From the IMG/VR virus record IMGVR_UViG_3300028048_000072, positions 32,001 to 96,000 of that record: 64,000 bases of DNA. The stretch is one strand, 5' to 3'. Numbering within the stretch: the stretch's first letter is position 1; each line of letters begins with the position of its first letter. The notes under the pieces were generated by a model, which did not search any database, was not told where the DNA came from, and saw nothing but the letters and a program-made list of their open reading frames with translations. The position numbers were made by a program, and so were the translations under genes. The stretch comes from a virus (Duplodnaviria > Caudoviricetes). Of the stretch, positions 49,311 through 59,051 are shown piece after piece.

Positions 49311-50456
49311 ATGACAAAAGAAGAAGCAACTCAAAAATATTATAATTTAGTGGAATTATGTAAAATTGAAGATGTTGATTGTGAAAAATACAACATGCAT
49401 CATATCGAACCAATTTTTACATTGAAAGAAAAATACAATGTAAAACGAACTAAGGAAATTAGATATAATAAGAATATTGATTTTGGTGAAGAAATAAAAT
49501 GTTCAATTCCGCATCACATAATGTTACATTTTTATTTATGTTTTATGTTTGATAGAGGAACGACATTATATAAAAGTGCAAAATCTTCATTTTGGTTCAT
49601 TACTAATAAAACATTAACGCAAAGTATAGAATCTTTAACAGAAGATGATGTTAAAAATATAGGTAAATATTGTGAAGAGTTGAAGAAAACTAATTGGACG
49701 GATGAAGATAAGAAAAATTATAGAAAAACTAATAAACGAATAGAAGCCGACAGAGAATATAGAAGAAAAAACAAAGAAAGATTAGCAAAACAACATAGCG
49801 AATATTATAAAGAACATAAAGAAGAAAGAATGGAATATTATGAAGAATGGAGAAGTAAAAATGAACCTAGATTGAGGGAATATAGAAAAGAAAGAAATCA
49901 AATAATAAGAAATCGCTTGTGTGTAGACCCAAGATGTATTATTAGTAATAAAATAAAATCAAAAATAACAAATTGGAGAAATTTGTCTAGTTGGATGGAT
50001 AAAAATCCTCAAAATGAATTAGTAAAAGAATTTAAATCATCTAATGATTTTGCTGATTATTATCTTATTAAAGATGAAAATAACAATTATATATACGATA
50101 TTGAATTAGCGGAATCTATCTTAAAAACAACGACAAATAAAAAATTTTCAAATATATTAAATTTTAAAATACAAGGAGTTAAAAATCCTAAAGATAGTAA
50201 TGTTCGTTTATGTATAGACCCCAGATTTGGAAAAACGATAATTATATCTAAATACAAAAGTATAAATTGGAATTCAGAAATTACAGAATGGAGAAATTTG
50301 TATAATTGGTGTAAACGTAATTCTGATAATGAACTGATTGAAAATTTAAAACCCAATGAATTTGCAAACAAATATTTAATAATTGATTCAGAAGGAAATT
50401 ACATTTATGATGAAGAAACAGCATTAAAAATTATTAATAAAGAAAATAATGATTGA
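49311..50456 (+). CDS. HNH homing endonuclease with duplicated C-terminal domain
   Basis: HHIEP...HHIMLHFYL; two copies of LC(V/I)DPR..WRNL..W..NEL..YLI..NYIYD. Confidence 0.7.
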   Translation: MTKEEATQKYYNLVELCKIEDVDCEKYNMHHIEPIFTLKEKYNVKRTKEIRYNKNIDFGEEIKCSIPHHIMLHFYLCFMFDRGTTLYKSAKSSFWFITNKTLTQSIESLTEDDVKNIGKYCEELKKTNWTDEDKKNYRKTNKRIEADREYRRKNKERLAKQHSEYYKEHKEERMEYYEEWRSKNEPRLREYRKERNQIIRNRLCVDPRCIISNKIKSKITNWRNLSSWMDKNPQNELVKEFKSSNDFADYYLIKDENNNYIYDIELAESILKTTTNKKFSNILNFKIQGVKNPKDSNVRLCIDPRFGKTIIISKYKSINWNSEITEWRNLYNWCKRNSDNELIENLKPNEFANKYLIIDSEGNYIYDEETALKIINKENND

Positions 50457-50516
50457 TTTTATCCTAAAAATATTATACAATCTTTCTTATTACAAGAAAA
50501 TAAGTGGGAAAATTGC

Positions 50517-51923
50517 ATGAAAGATGAAACTTTAAAAATTTCTATTTTGGAAAAACAGATTATTAAAAGTTGGTTGAATGACCCGTCTTTAATGATTGAG
50601 GATGACATTTTTTGTTCTGAAACTGCAAAAGAATTACAGTTTATTTTATTAAATCTTAGGGATGAAAATAAAGATTTTACAGAAGAACACATTTTGTCTG
50701 AAAGTGTGGAATATGTAAATAAAGATACTTTAGATTCCATAAATGAAGTAAATTATCAAGAAGATAAAATAGAAGATTATGTTCAGAATTTAAGAAAAAA
50801 GAATATTTTGTTTTCATTTAAAAATGAACTTCTTCACGAAATAAATTCTGATGATAGTGATTTTGAAAAAGTAATTTCACTTCAATCATCCTTAGATGAA
50901 GCAATCAGTAAAATTGAAAATCCAAAAGAAGATGAAGGAATGTCTTTTAGTGATATGATTGACACTCATATCGAAACATTAAAAGACAGAAAAAACAATG
51001 TAAGTGTAAGTACGGGCGATTATTTGTTAGACAGACTTGCAAAACCTACGGCAGGGATATGGACTATACTTGGGTATAGTGGTTCATGTAAATCAACTTT
51101 TGTTGCTACACAATTAAAGGCTAGAATTTCAAAAAGATTACCTACAGTTTATTTTAATACAGAACTTTCACAAGAAGGTGTAATGGATGGTTTGTTGTCA
51201 TCTTTAATTAAAGAAACATATTATGATATTCAAGGTATGTATAATGATGATGAACATATTGATTTTGATACAATTATTGAAAAATGTAAGTATTTGGCAG
51301 AACATTCTGATAAATCAAAATTCGCATATTTTCCAAATTCTACAGTAAGTGTAAATGATATTAAAAGATTTTCTCTTATTCAAAGAAAGAAAATGGGATT
51401 AAAGAAAAATGAATTATTGTTTGTATATGTAGACCTTTTATCTATGGTAAAAGAATTTCAAGAAAATACTAGAGGTTCTAACCGTTCAGATGTCATTTTA
51501 CAAGCATTGAATAAATTGAATGATATTGCTTTAGCAAACAATTTATTGATTATTGGTACTGTACAAGCGAAACGTATGCCAACGGGAATTAAGATTAATA
51601 AAGAAGAAGATATTATGAAATTTCAATTGGATGCTAGTGCGATTAGGGATTCAGGTGGATATGAAGAAAGAAGTCGTTGTATTTTTAGTATTTTTAATCC
51701 TTACAATATTGTTCGCAAAAACCCATGTAGTGAAGTTATTAAAGCAATAACAGAACCAATAATTTATGTTAAAACTCTAAAAAATACATATGGCGAAGTT
51801 GGAAAAGAAGTATATTATTATTTCGATGCAGATTATAAAAATCTTTATCCTTATGAAGGTGAATTACCTAACTATAGTTTAGATGAAGAAGATGAAACGG
51901 AGAATGTAGAAAATGACGATTGA
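50517..51923 (+). CDS. DnaB-like replicative helicase
   Basis: GYSGSCKST, FNTEL, YVDLL, VQ, IRDSGGYEE. Confidence 0.8.
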   Translation: MKDETLKISILEKQIIKSWLNDPSLMIEDDIFCSETAKELQFILLNLRDENKDFTEEHILSESVEYVNKDTLDSINEVNYQEDKIEDYVQNLRKKNILFSFKNELLHEINSDDSDFEKVISLQSSLDEAISKIENPKEDEGMSFSDMIDTHIETLKDRKNNVSVSTGDYLLDRLAKPTAGIWTILGYSGSCKSTFVATQLKARISKRLPTVYFNTELSQEGVMDGLLSSLIKETYYDIQGMYNDDEHIDFDTIIEKCKYLAEHSDKSKFAYFPNSTVSVNDIKRFSLIQRKKMGLKKNELLFVYVDLLSMVKEFQENTRGSNRSDVILQALNKLNDIALANNLLIIGTVQAKRMPTGIKINKEEDIMKFQLDASAIRDSGGYEERSRCIFSIFNPYNIVRKNPCSEVIKAITEPIIYVKTLKNTYGEVGKEVYYYFDADYKNLYPYEGELPNYSLDEEDETENVENDD

Positions 51924-52236
51924 AAAGTTTATTAAAAAATTACAGTCTTATAAAAATCAAGATTGTTATGAAAAATGGATTTATTGTGAAAACTCTAAAA
52001 TAATATATACAATTGAAGCATTTAATATTTTAAATAATACTTGTTTTATTTGGTTGAATGATTCTGATGATTGTAAAACAAATTATACACCTAAATCATT
52101 AGTTAGAGATTTATCACCTTATACAAAATGGCAGAAAGATTTTATTATTGAATTTGTAGATGATGAAAGAAATGAAGTTTATACTGAAAATTCATTCTAT
52201 ACAGAATTTGATAATTTATATATTAATATGAGATAG
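51913..52236 (+). CDS. hypothetical protein
   Basis: ORF overlapping helicase end. Confidence 0.55.
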   Translation: MTIEKFIKKLQSYKNQDCYEKWIYCENSKIIYTIEAFNILNNTCFIWLNDSDDCKTNYTPKSLVRDLSPYTKWQKDFIIEFVDDERNEVYTENSFYTEFDNLYINMR

Positions 52237-52247
52237 GAAATTAAAAA

Positions 52248-53017
52248 ATGAGTATAGAATTAATTAAAGGTGATTGTCTTAAAGAAATGAAAAATATTAA
52301 AGATGAATCTGTGCAACTTATTCTTACAGATTTACCTTATGGTACTACACCTTTAGAATTTGATAAAGAGATAATTCCTTTTGAACCTTTATGGAAAGAA
52401 TATAAAAGAATTATTAAGAAAAATGGTGCTATTGTATTATTTGCTCAACAACCTTTTACAAGTAAATTAATCATGTCTAATTTAGATATGTATAAATATA
52501 ATTGGATATGGGTAAAAGATAATGCAACAAATTTCTTGAATAAACGTTATCAATGTGGAAAGATTACGGAAGATATTTGTGTATTTGGAAAAGGTGCATG
52601 TTCTTTTACTAAGAATGGTATTAATATGAAATATAATCCACAAATGGAAGTTGGAAAACCGTATAAAACTACTAATAATGTGTTTAGAAGAAAGTGTGCG
52701 GTCGTGAGGGGGGGATTAGAAATGTCGATACAATAAATAATGGTGAAAGATTGCCAAATAATTTATTGTATTTTTCACATGATACAGATGAAAGATTGCA
52801 TCCTACACAAAAGCCTTTAGATTTAATTAGATATTTGATTAAGACTTATACTGATGAAAATGATTTGGTTTTAGATTCGTGCATGGGAAGTGGAACTACT
52901 GCTATAGGATGTTTTGCAGAAAAGAGAAATTTTATCGGATATGAAATTGATGATAATTATTTTGAAATTGCAAAGAAAAGATATGAAAAAGTAAGTACAA
53001 GTATATTTGATATGTAA
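52248..53017 (+). pseudogene. N4/N6 DNA methyltransferase split at a G7 tract (52708-52714)
   Basis: DLPYG in ORF1; HPTQKP and LDSCMGSGT in ORF2; G8 would fuse them. Confidence 0.85.
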
Positions 53018-53060
53018 TTGTATTTGTGATATAATTTCTGTTAGTTGGAGGATTACTACT

Positions 53061-53471
53061 TTGAAATTAATAAAACAAGAAAAAGAAATGTTGGAAAATC
53101 TTAGAAACATAAGCGGTGAAAATCAAGAAAGAATCGCTAATGTATTGAAAGCCTTGTCTTTATCTACACTTATGAATTATGCAGATGATGAACACAATAT
53201 TTTTATTCCATATTTTGGATGCTTACATATTGTTTATAAAGGTGATATTATTGTAGATAATAAACGTGAAGCAGATTTGGATATTCAGTTTTTTCCTAGT
53301 TCATATCTTAAATTAAATATTGGTGAAATTGAAGATATTAAAAAGAATGGAAATACTATTGATATTATGAAAATTCCAATTATCAATGAAATATCAAAAG
53401 ATATTGAAAACGGTCTTAGAAATATAATTGATGGTACTACAGATTTAAATGATGAAGAAAACAACGGGTAA
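53061..53471 (+). CDS. HU/IHF-like DNA-binding protein
   Basis: Two helices then IFIPYFG..FFPSSYLK resembles VxxxGFG..FKPxxxLK; GGAGG before TTG 53061. Confidence 0.5.
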   Translation: MKLIKQEKEMLENLRNISGENQERIANVLKALSLSTLMNYADDEHNIFIPYFGCLHIVYKGDIIVDNKREADLDIQFFPSSYLKLNIGEIEDIKKNGNTIDIMKIPIINEISKDIENGLRNIIDGTTDLNDEENNG

Positions 53472-54225
53472 ATATATGGAATTAAATTTTATTGAAGATT
53501 TTAAACCTTGTGGAAAATGTAATAAAGGTTTTACAATTTTTGAAGGTCGTGTAAAACCTTGTTCATGTTGGTTAAATTATAAAAATAAAATTAAACTTTT
53601 TGGAAAATATTTGGATTCAAATCTTTTACAGAAAGAATCAACTTCAAGTAATGCAGAAGAACTCATTAATTATACTTTGTGTAATTATAAAGGAAATGAT
53701 GAAAATAAAAATCTTCCAAAATTGCAGAAGTTTATTGAAAAGTTTGATGAAAAGTTTAATACAATTTCATTATTTTTCTATGGTGAAATGGGAACACAAA
53801 AAACTCATATTGCTAAATGGATTTTAACTTCTTTAATAAGTAAAGGTAAATCAACTTATTATATCTCTAGTAAAGATATAATTGATTTGATTATGAAAAG
53901 TGAAAGAGATGAAGAAAGTCAAAATCTTGTAGATTATATTACAAAAGTTGATTGTTTAGTATTGGATGAATTTACAAGATTGAATTACTTTTCTACAGAT
54001 TATAAACAGAAAGTTTTATATTCATGGCTTAAAACAAGATTGGAATCTGTTCATAAATCTACAATTATTATTGATAATATAAAAGTAGATGAAATTAAAA
54101 ATTCTCCTATGGGTGAAAATATTGGTCAATTAATTGAAAGAAATACAAAAGAATGTGTATTTGAATTTAAAGATAATTATTACTCTAATGGTGGTGGAGT
54201 TGATTTGAAAGGATTGTGGGATTAG
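53449..54225 (+). CDS. DnaC/IstB-like helicase loader ATPase
   Basis: CxxC..CxC, GEMGTQKTH, LVLDE. Confidence 0.8.
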   Translation: MMKKTTGKYMELNFIEDFKPCGKCNKGFTIFEGRVKPCSCWLNYKNKIKLFGKYLDSNLLQKESTSSNAEELINYTLCNYKGNDENKNLPKLQKFIEKFDEKFNTISLFFYGEMGTQKTHIAKWILTSLISKGKSTYYISSKDIIDLIMKSERDEESQNLVDYITKVDCLVLDEFTRLNYFSTDYKQKVLYSWLKTRLESVHKSTIIIDNIKVDEIKNSPMGENIGQLIERNTKECVFEFKDNYYSNGGGVDLKGLWD

Positions 54226-54228
54226 ATT

Positions 54229-54969
54229 ATGAGTAAAGTTGAATTGTATAATGAAGATTGCTTGGAAGTAATGGAGGGGGTGGCAGATAAATCGGTAGAC
54301 ATGATTTTATGTGATTTACCTTATAATGTTACTGCTTGCGAATGGGATATATTAATACCTTTTGATAAATTATGGGGGCAATATAATAGAATTATAAAAG
54401 ACAATGGTGCGATTGTATTATTTGGTACAGAACCGTTCTCTACACAATTAAAAATGAGTAATCTGAAACATTATAAATATGATTGGATTTGGAATAAAGT
54501 TCGTGGTGTAGGATTTCAAATTGCAAAATATAGACCAATGCAACAACATGAATATATTTCTGTATTTTGCAACGGTAAATTAAATTATTATCCTATTATG
54601 GAAAAAAGAGATAAAGTGAAAAAATCTAAAAATTATGGTAATTCTAAAGTTTGCAGATTACAAAGTAATGATATGAAAGAAAGAATTTATACAGAAAAAT
54701 ATCCAACTTCAATTTTAACTTATTCTAATGCTTCTCAAAAAGGTAGATTGCATCCAAGTCAAAAACCTACAAATTTATTAGAATATCTTATAAAGACTTA
54801 TACAAAAGAAAACGAAACAGTTTTGGACAATTGTATGGGAAGTGGAAGTACAGGTGTCGCTTGTATTAATACAAATCGCAATTTCATCGGCATTGAAAAA
54901 GACGACAAGTATTTCAAGATTGCGGAAGATAGGATAAACAAAGCGAAAGAAAGTATTTTTGATATGTAA
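54229..54969 (+). CDS. N4/N6 DNA methyltransferase (beta class)
   Basis: DLPY, HPSQKP, LDNCMGSGST. Confidence 0.92.
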   Translation: MSKVELYNEDCLEVMEGVADKSVDMILCDLPYNVTACEWDILIPFDKLWGQYNRIIKDNGAIVLFGTEPFSTQLKMSNLKHYKYDWIWNKVRGVGFQIAKYRPMQQHEYISVFCNGKLNYYPIMEKRDKVKKSKNYGNSKVCRLQSNDMKERIYTEKYPTSILTYSNASQKGRLHPSQKPTNLLEYLIKTYTKENETVLDNCMGSGSTGVACINTNRNFIGIEKDDKYFKIAEDRINKAKESIFDM

Positions 54970-55057
54970 AAATTTTCAGTTTAGAATTGAAAATAATGGT
55001 GAATATTTATTGGATAAAACTGACGATATTTTCAATTAATCATCTAACTATATTTTA

Positions 55058-55429
55058 ATGTATGGAGATTTTATTATGACAAAAATGCAGAAGAAATTTA
55101 ATGAATATATTGTTGCTAGTGCAGAATTAGTAAAACACTTGAATGAATCAGATTATGATGTAGATAATTTTGATGAAGAAACAGATAGATTGAATGATGT
55201 TATAGATGATATGGGTGCAGAATTAGGTGGTGAAACAGATGATTTTACAATCTATAATGATAAAAGTGGAGATACTACAATTGATAATCTTTATCTTGAT
55301 GATTATATCAAATCAGTAATGGGTAAAGATTATTTTTATGATAAACGATGTTGGGAATATCTATATGACATTGTAAAAGAAATGTTGGAAGATATGCCTA
55401 TTGCAGATGAAAATGTAATTTATGAATAA
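55058..55429 (+). CDS. acidic hypothetical protein
   Basis: TAACTAT upstream; KKFNE and LNES motifs. Confidence 0.65.
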   Translation: MYGDFIMTKMQKKFNEYIVASAELVKHLNESDYDVDNFDEETDRLNDVIDDMGAELGGETDDFTIYNDKSGDTTIDNLYLDDYIKSVMGKDYFYDKRCWEYLYDIVKEMLEDMPIADENVIYE

Positions 55430-55508
55430 TTTTTCACTTAACATAAAATACCATTTGTGATATACTTTTGAATATAAATACTTGATGTTGTAAAGGGGAA
55501 TATGAATT

Positions 55509-55832
55509 ATGACAGTAAAGGTTACATTTAATGACTTTGTATTGGTAAATTACAAAGAAAGAGAGTTGGAAGTTCATTGTATCGCAAATGGATATGATAC
55601 ACATGAAAATGAAGTTTTGTATTTTGCAGATGGAAGTGGACAACCCGCTTATGATGAATTTGAAGTAGATGACTTTGAAATCACAAAAGTAATTGAAAAT
55701 GGTAAAGAAATAACTGATTACGATAAGGATGAACTTGAAGAACTTGTTTATGATGCTTTGTATGAAGAATCAGAAAATGGTTCTGAAAAATGGGTCTATC
55801 CTGAAGTAGATGATTATTACGATTTTGATTAA
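55509..55832 (+). CDS. acidic hypothetical protein
   Basis: ORF followed by hairpin 55841-55876. Confidence 0.65.
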   Translation: MTVKVTFNDFVLVNYKERELEVHCIANGYDTHENEVLYFADGSGQPAYDEFEVDDFEITKVIENGKEITDYDKDELEELVYDALYEESENGSEKWVYPEVDDYYDFD

Positions 55833-56016
55833 TTAAAATTAGAACACCTATTCTAAAAATGATTAGGTGTTCTTTTATTAAAATGGAGTGATTAATGATA
55901 GACAAAGATATTTTGATAAATGATATTTTTCATACCATCTTTGTCTTTATTCACTATTATATTAGGCTTTATAGGAATGTTGATATTCATTATAAAACTT
56001 TTAGGAGGATTTTAAT

Positions 56017-56307
56017 ATGATAATGGTTTCTACAATGCTTTTAGTTGGATTACTTCTTTATTGTGTAATTTCAACGATTGGTATAATTTTAATGTATAAA
56101 ATGAATTTTGATTTGGAAAATGAACTTTGTGATGAAAAGGAAATTAATTTTGAAATTAAATCAAGATTTGTTAGATGCAATACTTGTACAAAAGAAATGA
56201 AAGATAAATGCCTTATGTGGTCTGAAAATCTTTGTGAAGGTGAAAGATGTAATGAACTTATCGATATTCAATCTTTAATGAATAAAGATAATTTGGTAAT
56301 TCATTAA
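56017..56307 (+). CDS. membrane-anchored Cys-rich protein
   Basis: N-terminal TM, CxxC. Confidence 0.55.
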   Translation: MIMVSTMLLVGLLLYCVISTIGIILMYKMNFDLENELCDEKEINFEIKSRFVRCNTCTKEMKDKCLMWSENLCEGERCNELIDIQSLMNKDNLVIH

Positions 56308-56326
56308 TTAATAGGAAATAAGAAAA

Positions 56327-57079
56327 ATGACAGTAAATAAAAATTCAATTATTTTGGGTGATTGTTTAAGTGGATTAAAAGAAATTGAAGATAATACATT
56401 TGACGTTGCTTTTACATCACCACCGTATGGGGATATAGGAACAGAATCTTTTGAAGAAATTAAAGCAAAAGGTAAAGGTAATAATCCTTATGGTACTCAT
56501 AGAAAATATCTGAATGTCGAACAACATATTGATGATTGGTATGAATGGCAAGTTGAAATTATAGATGAACTTCTTAGAATTTGTAAGAAATGGGTAATTT
56601 ATAATATTGGTGCTATTAAAGTTAATAGAGAAAATGTTTATAAATTAATCGGTCATTATGCAGACAGAATACATGACGATATTATATGGTACAAAAGTAA
56701 TGGATTGCCGTGTAGAAACGAAGGTTCTATTTCTAATACATATGAACATATTCTTTTGATAAAAAAGAATCCAAAAGATATGATTCATGTAAAATCACAT
56801 TGTTTTAGAAATGTCATTGAAGAAGGTGTAAATTCACAAAATGAATTTGCACACATTCATCATGCCGTAATGAATAAAAGAATTTCTGATATCTGCATCA
56901 ATGAATTTACAGATGTTGGTGATTTTGTAATTGACCCGTTTATGGGAATGGGAACTACGGCTATGAGTTGTATTGATTTGAAAAGAAATTATTTTGGATT
57001 TGAAATTTGTGAAGAATATTATAAAAATTGTTTGCAAAGAATTCAAAATAGAAATATGATTAATGATATATGGGAATGA
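56327..57079 (+). CDS. N4-cytosine/N6-adenine DNA methyltransferase
   Basis: FTSPPY, HHAV, IDPFMGMGTT. Confidence 0.9.
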   Translation: MTVNKNSIILGDCLSGLKEIEDNTFDVAFTSPPYGDIGTESFEEIKAKGKGNNPYGTHRKYLNVEQHIDDWYEWQVEIIDELLRICKKWVIYNIGAIKVNRENVYKLIGHYADRIHDDIIWYKSNGLPCRNEGSISNTYEHILLIKKNPKDMIHVKSHCFRNVIEEGVNSQNEFAHIHHAVMNKRISDICINEFTDVGDFVIDPFMGMGTTAMSCIDLKRNYFGFEICEEYYKNCLQRIQNRNMINDIWE

Positions 57080-57089
57080 GGAATAAATT

Positions 57090-57677
57090 ATGTTGAGAAA
57101 TGATTTGAATAACTGTGATTTTACTTCAATTAAAGAAATAGAAGAACTTAGTTCTGTTAAAATCGCAAGATGTAATGATTTGGTACATGATATGGAAAAG
57201 GAAGTGTATAAATATACTAAACTTCTTGAACTTGCAGAAGCAGATAGACTTGAAACAATTTCGCATGAAGTATTTTATAATGATTTTGATTTCTGTTTTG
57301 ATAATCCAAATATCACAATGGATAAATTAAATAATTCTGGTGAATCATATTTAAAACACACAATTGAAGAAACTATTGGATTTATTATTGGATATGATGA
57401 AAATGAAATTTCAATCACTAAAACAATGTTTGAAGGATATGATTGTTATAATCTAAGTATTTATTTTACTGTAGCAGATTATCCAATTACATTTGAATTG
57501 CGTATTCCTAACATGAAACAGATTAAAGAACATTTCAAAAATATGAATTATGGTAAAATGTTATTGATGTATGAAAGTAAACCTAGTACATGGGAGTTTA
57601 TTTATGATTCATATAATGAAAAAGAATTTAAAGATGCTTTTAAAAAATTTATAAACAATAGAATGGGAGAATTGTAA
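57090..57677 (+). CDS. hypothetical protein
   Basis: ORF with GAGG RBS. Confidence 0.65.
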   Translation: MLRNDLNNCDFTSIKEIEELSSVKIARCNDLVHDMEKEVYKYTKLLELAEADRLETISHEVFYNDFDFCFDNPNITMDKLNNSGESYLKHTIEETIGFIIGYDENEISITKTMFEGYDCYNLSIYFTVADYPITFELRIPNMKQIKEHFKNMNYGKMLLMYESKPSTWEFIYDSYNEKEFKDAFKKFINNRMGEL

Positions 57678-57679
57678 TT

Positions 57680-57955
57680 ATGGCAAAGTATAGTTCAAAA
57701 GATATTTATTCTGTATTGTTTTCTACTACAGATAATTTTTCAGAATCAGACCAAAGTTATTTGTTTGAAAATGTGTTTACTGAAAGTTTTATTGATGATA
57801 TTAAAAATAATCCAAAGAAAGCATATAATGTTTTAAATGAAGTTGTACAGAATATTGAAAAAGGTAAGGAAGATAGAGTTTCTAAAATGTTTAAGAATTA
57901 TGTAGATAAGATTTACATGATGAAAAATATGTTAAAAGATTACGGTGGATTTTAA
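57680..57955 (+). CDS. hypothetical protein
   Basis: ORF track. Confidence 0.6.
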   Translation: MAKYSSKDIYSVLFSTTDNFSESDQSYLFENVFTESFIDDIKNNPKKAYNVLNEVVQNIEKGKEDRVSKMFKNYVDKIYMMKNMLKDYGGF

Positions 57956-58006
57956 TAGAGTTAATCAATCTTGTTGGACTGTTTGTAAGTTTGAGGGAGT
58001 TGCAAG

Positions 58007-58324
58007 ATGTTTGAGAAAGAAGCAGAAGAATATTTTGAAACTGAATGTTTGCATAGACACGCAGATACAGAAGAACAACTAAAAGAAGATGTTGTGCCTG
58101 CATTTCAGAAAGGTGCAGAGTTCGGATATAACAAGGCAAAGGAAGAACTTGAAAAGGATAATAATAGATTATTTCTTGAAGGTGCTAAAAGAGTTGCAGA
58201 ACTAGAAGCACAGATTGAGAAAATGAAGTGTTGCGGAAACTGTGCAAAGAGAGGGCATATATGCGTAGCAGAAGAAATGCAAGGAAATTTGTGTGGCAAA
58301 AATAAGGTTAAATTAAGGAGATAA
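58007..58324 (+). CDS. hypothetical protein with C-terminal CCxNC
   Basis: ORF, slightly GC-richer than surroundings. Confidence 0.6.
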   Translation: MFEKEAEEYFETECLHRHADTEEQLKEDVVPAFQKGAEFGYNKAKEELEKDNNRLFLEGAKRVAELEAQIEKMKCCGNCAKRGHICVAEEMQGNLCGKNKVKLRR

Positions 58325-58330
58325 AAGAAA

Positions 58331-58498
58331 ATGACCAAAAAGATTAAAGTAATTTTAACTTGCTACAAACAAACATCTTATGAAGATTATACACACTTTT
58401 TCAAATCGATAGAAATTGAAGTGCCTTATAATGAAGGGGAAGAATGGCACGTTTGTGGAGAAGAATACCAAGAACAGGAGATAAAAGAAAATGAATAG
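58331..58498 (+). CDS. small hypothetical protein (55 aa)
   Basis: AGGAG RBS + ATG 58331, manual translation. Confidence 0.5.
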   Translation: MTKKIKVILTCYKQTSYEDYTHFFKSIEIEVPYNEGEEWHVCGEEYQEQEIKENE

Positions 58499-59048
58499 AA
58501 GAGCAAAACGAAATAAATACAGAAATAAAGTCAATACTCTCAAAAATGAAGTTCGTGGTTATACAAATGCGTATTATAGTGCGTTATCTGATTTTCGAAA
58601 ATGTTCTAGGAAACTAGAAGAACAAGAAGAAAAGACAAAAGAATATAAAACGAAATATTTCGACCAACTTAAAAAGGAATTTCTCGAAGGTAACAAAGAG
58701 TTAGTTACTTTATCTTTAGCAATTCCAAAAGACCTTACATTATTAAATTCTCCTATTCCAATAGAAGAATTAGAAAAAGAGCGAAAGAAAGTTCTTTGCT
58801 ATGAACTTGCCAAAAGTTTATATGATAATTTTGATGCACTAAGACGAACGGAATATGAAACTAGTACAAGATTTGATTTGGTGTTGGTGAAATGGAATCA
58901 GAGTAATAGAAATATTGATGATTGGGATGAGTTCTGCGGTTATGCAGATATTAATCCATACGCAATTAATAATCGTGGTTTTACGGCTAATGAACTTATG
59001 AAAGGAAGAAGTAGAAGCAATGATATCAGATGTAATTTTGGAGAATAA
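58491..59048 (+). CDS. hypothetical protein
   Basis: ORF with AGGAG RBS. Confidence 0.65.
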   Translation: MNRRAKRNKYRNKVNTLKNEVRGYTNAYYSALSDFRKCSRKLEEQEEKTKEYKTKYFDQLKKEFLEGNKELVTLSLAIPKDLTLLNSPIPIEELEKERKKVLCYELAKSLYDNFDALRRTEYETSTRFDLVLVKWNQSNRNIDDWDEFCGYADINPYAINNRGFTANELMKGRSRSNDIRCNFGE

Positions 59049-59051
59049 GAT

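Noticed and set aside
58007-58324. Host assignment from small-protein resemblance
   Set aside because: Cannot be supported without database searches
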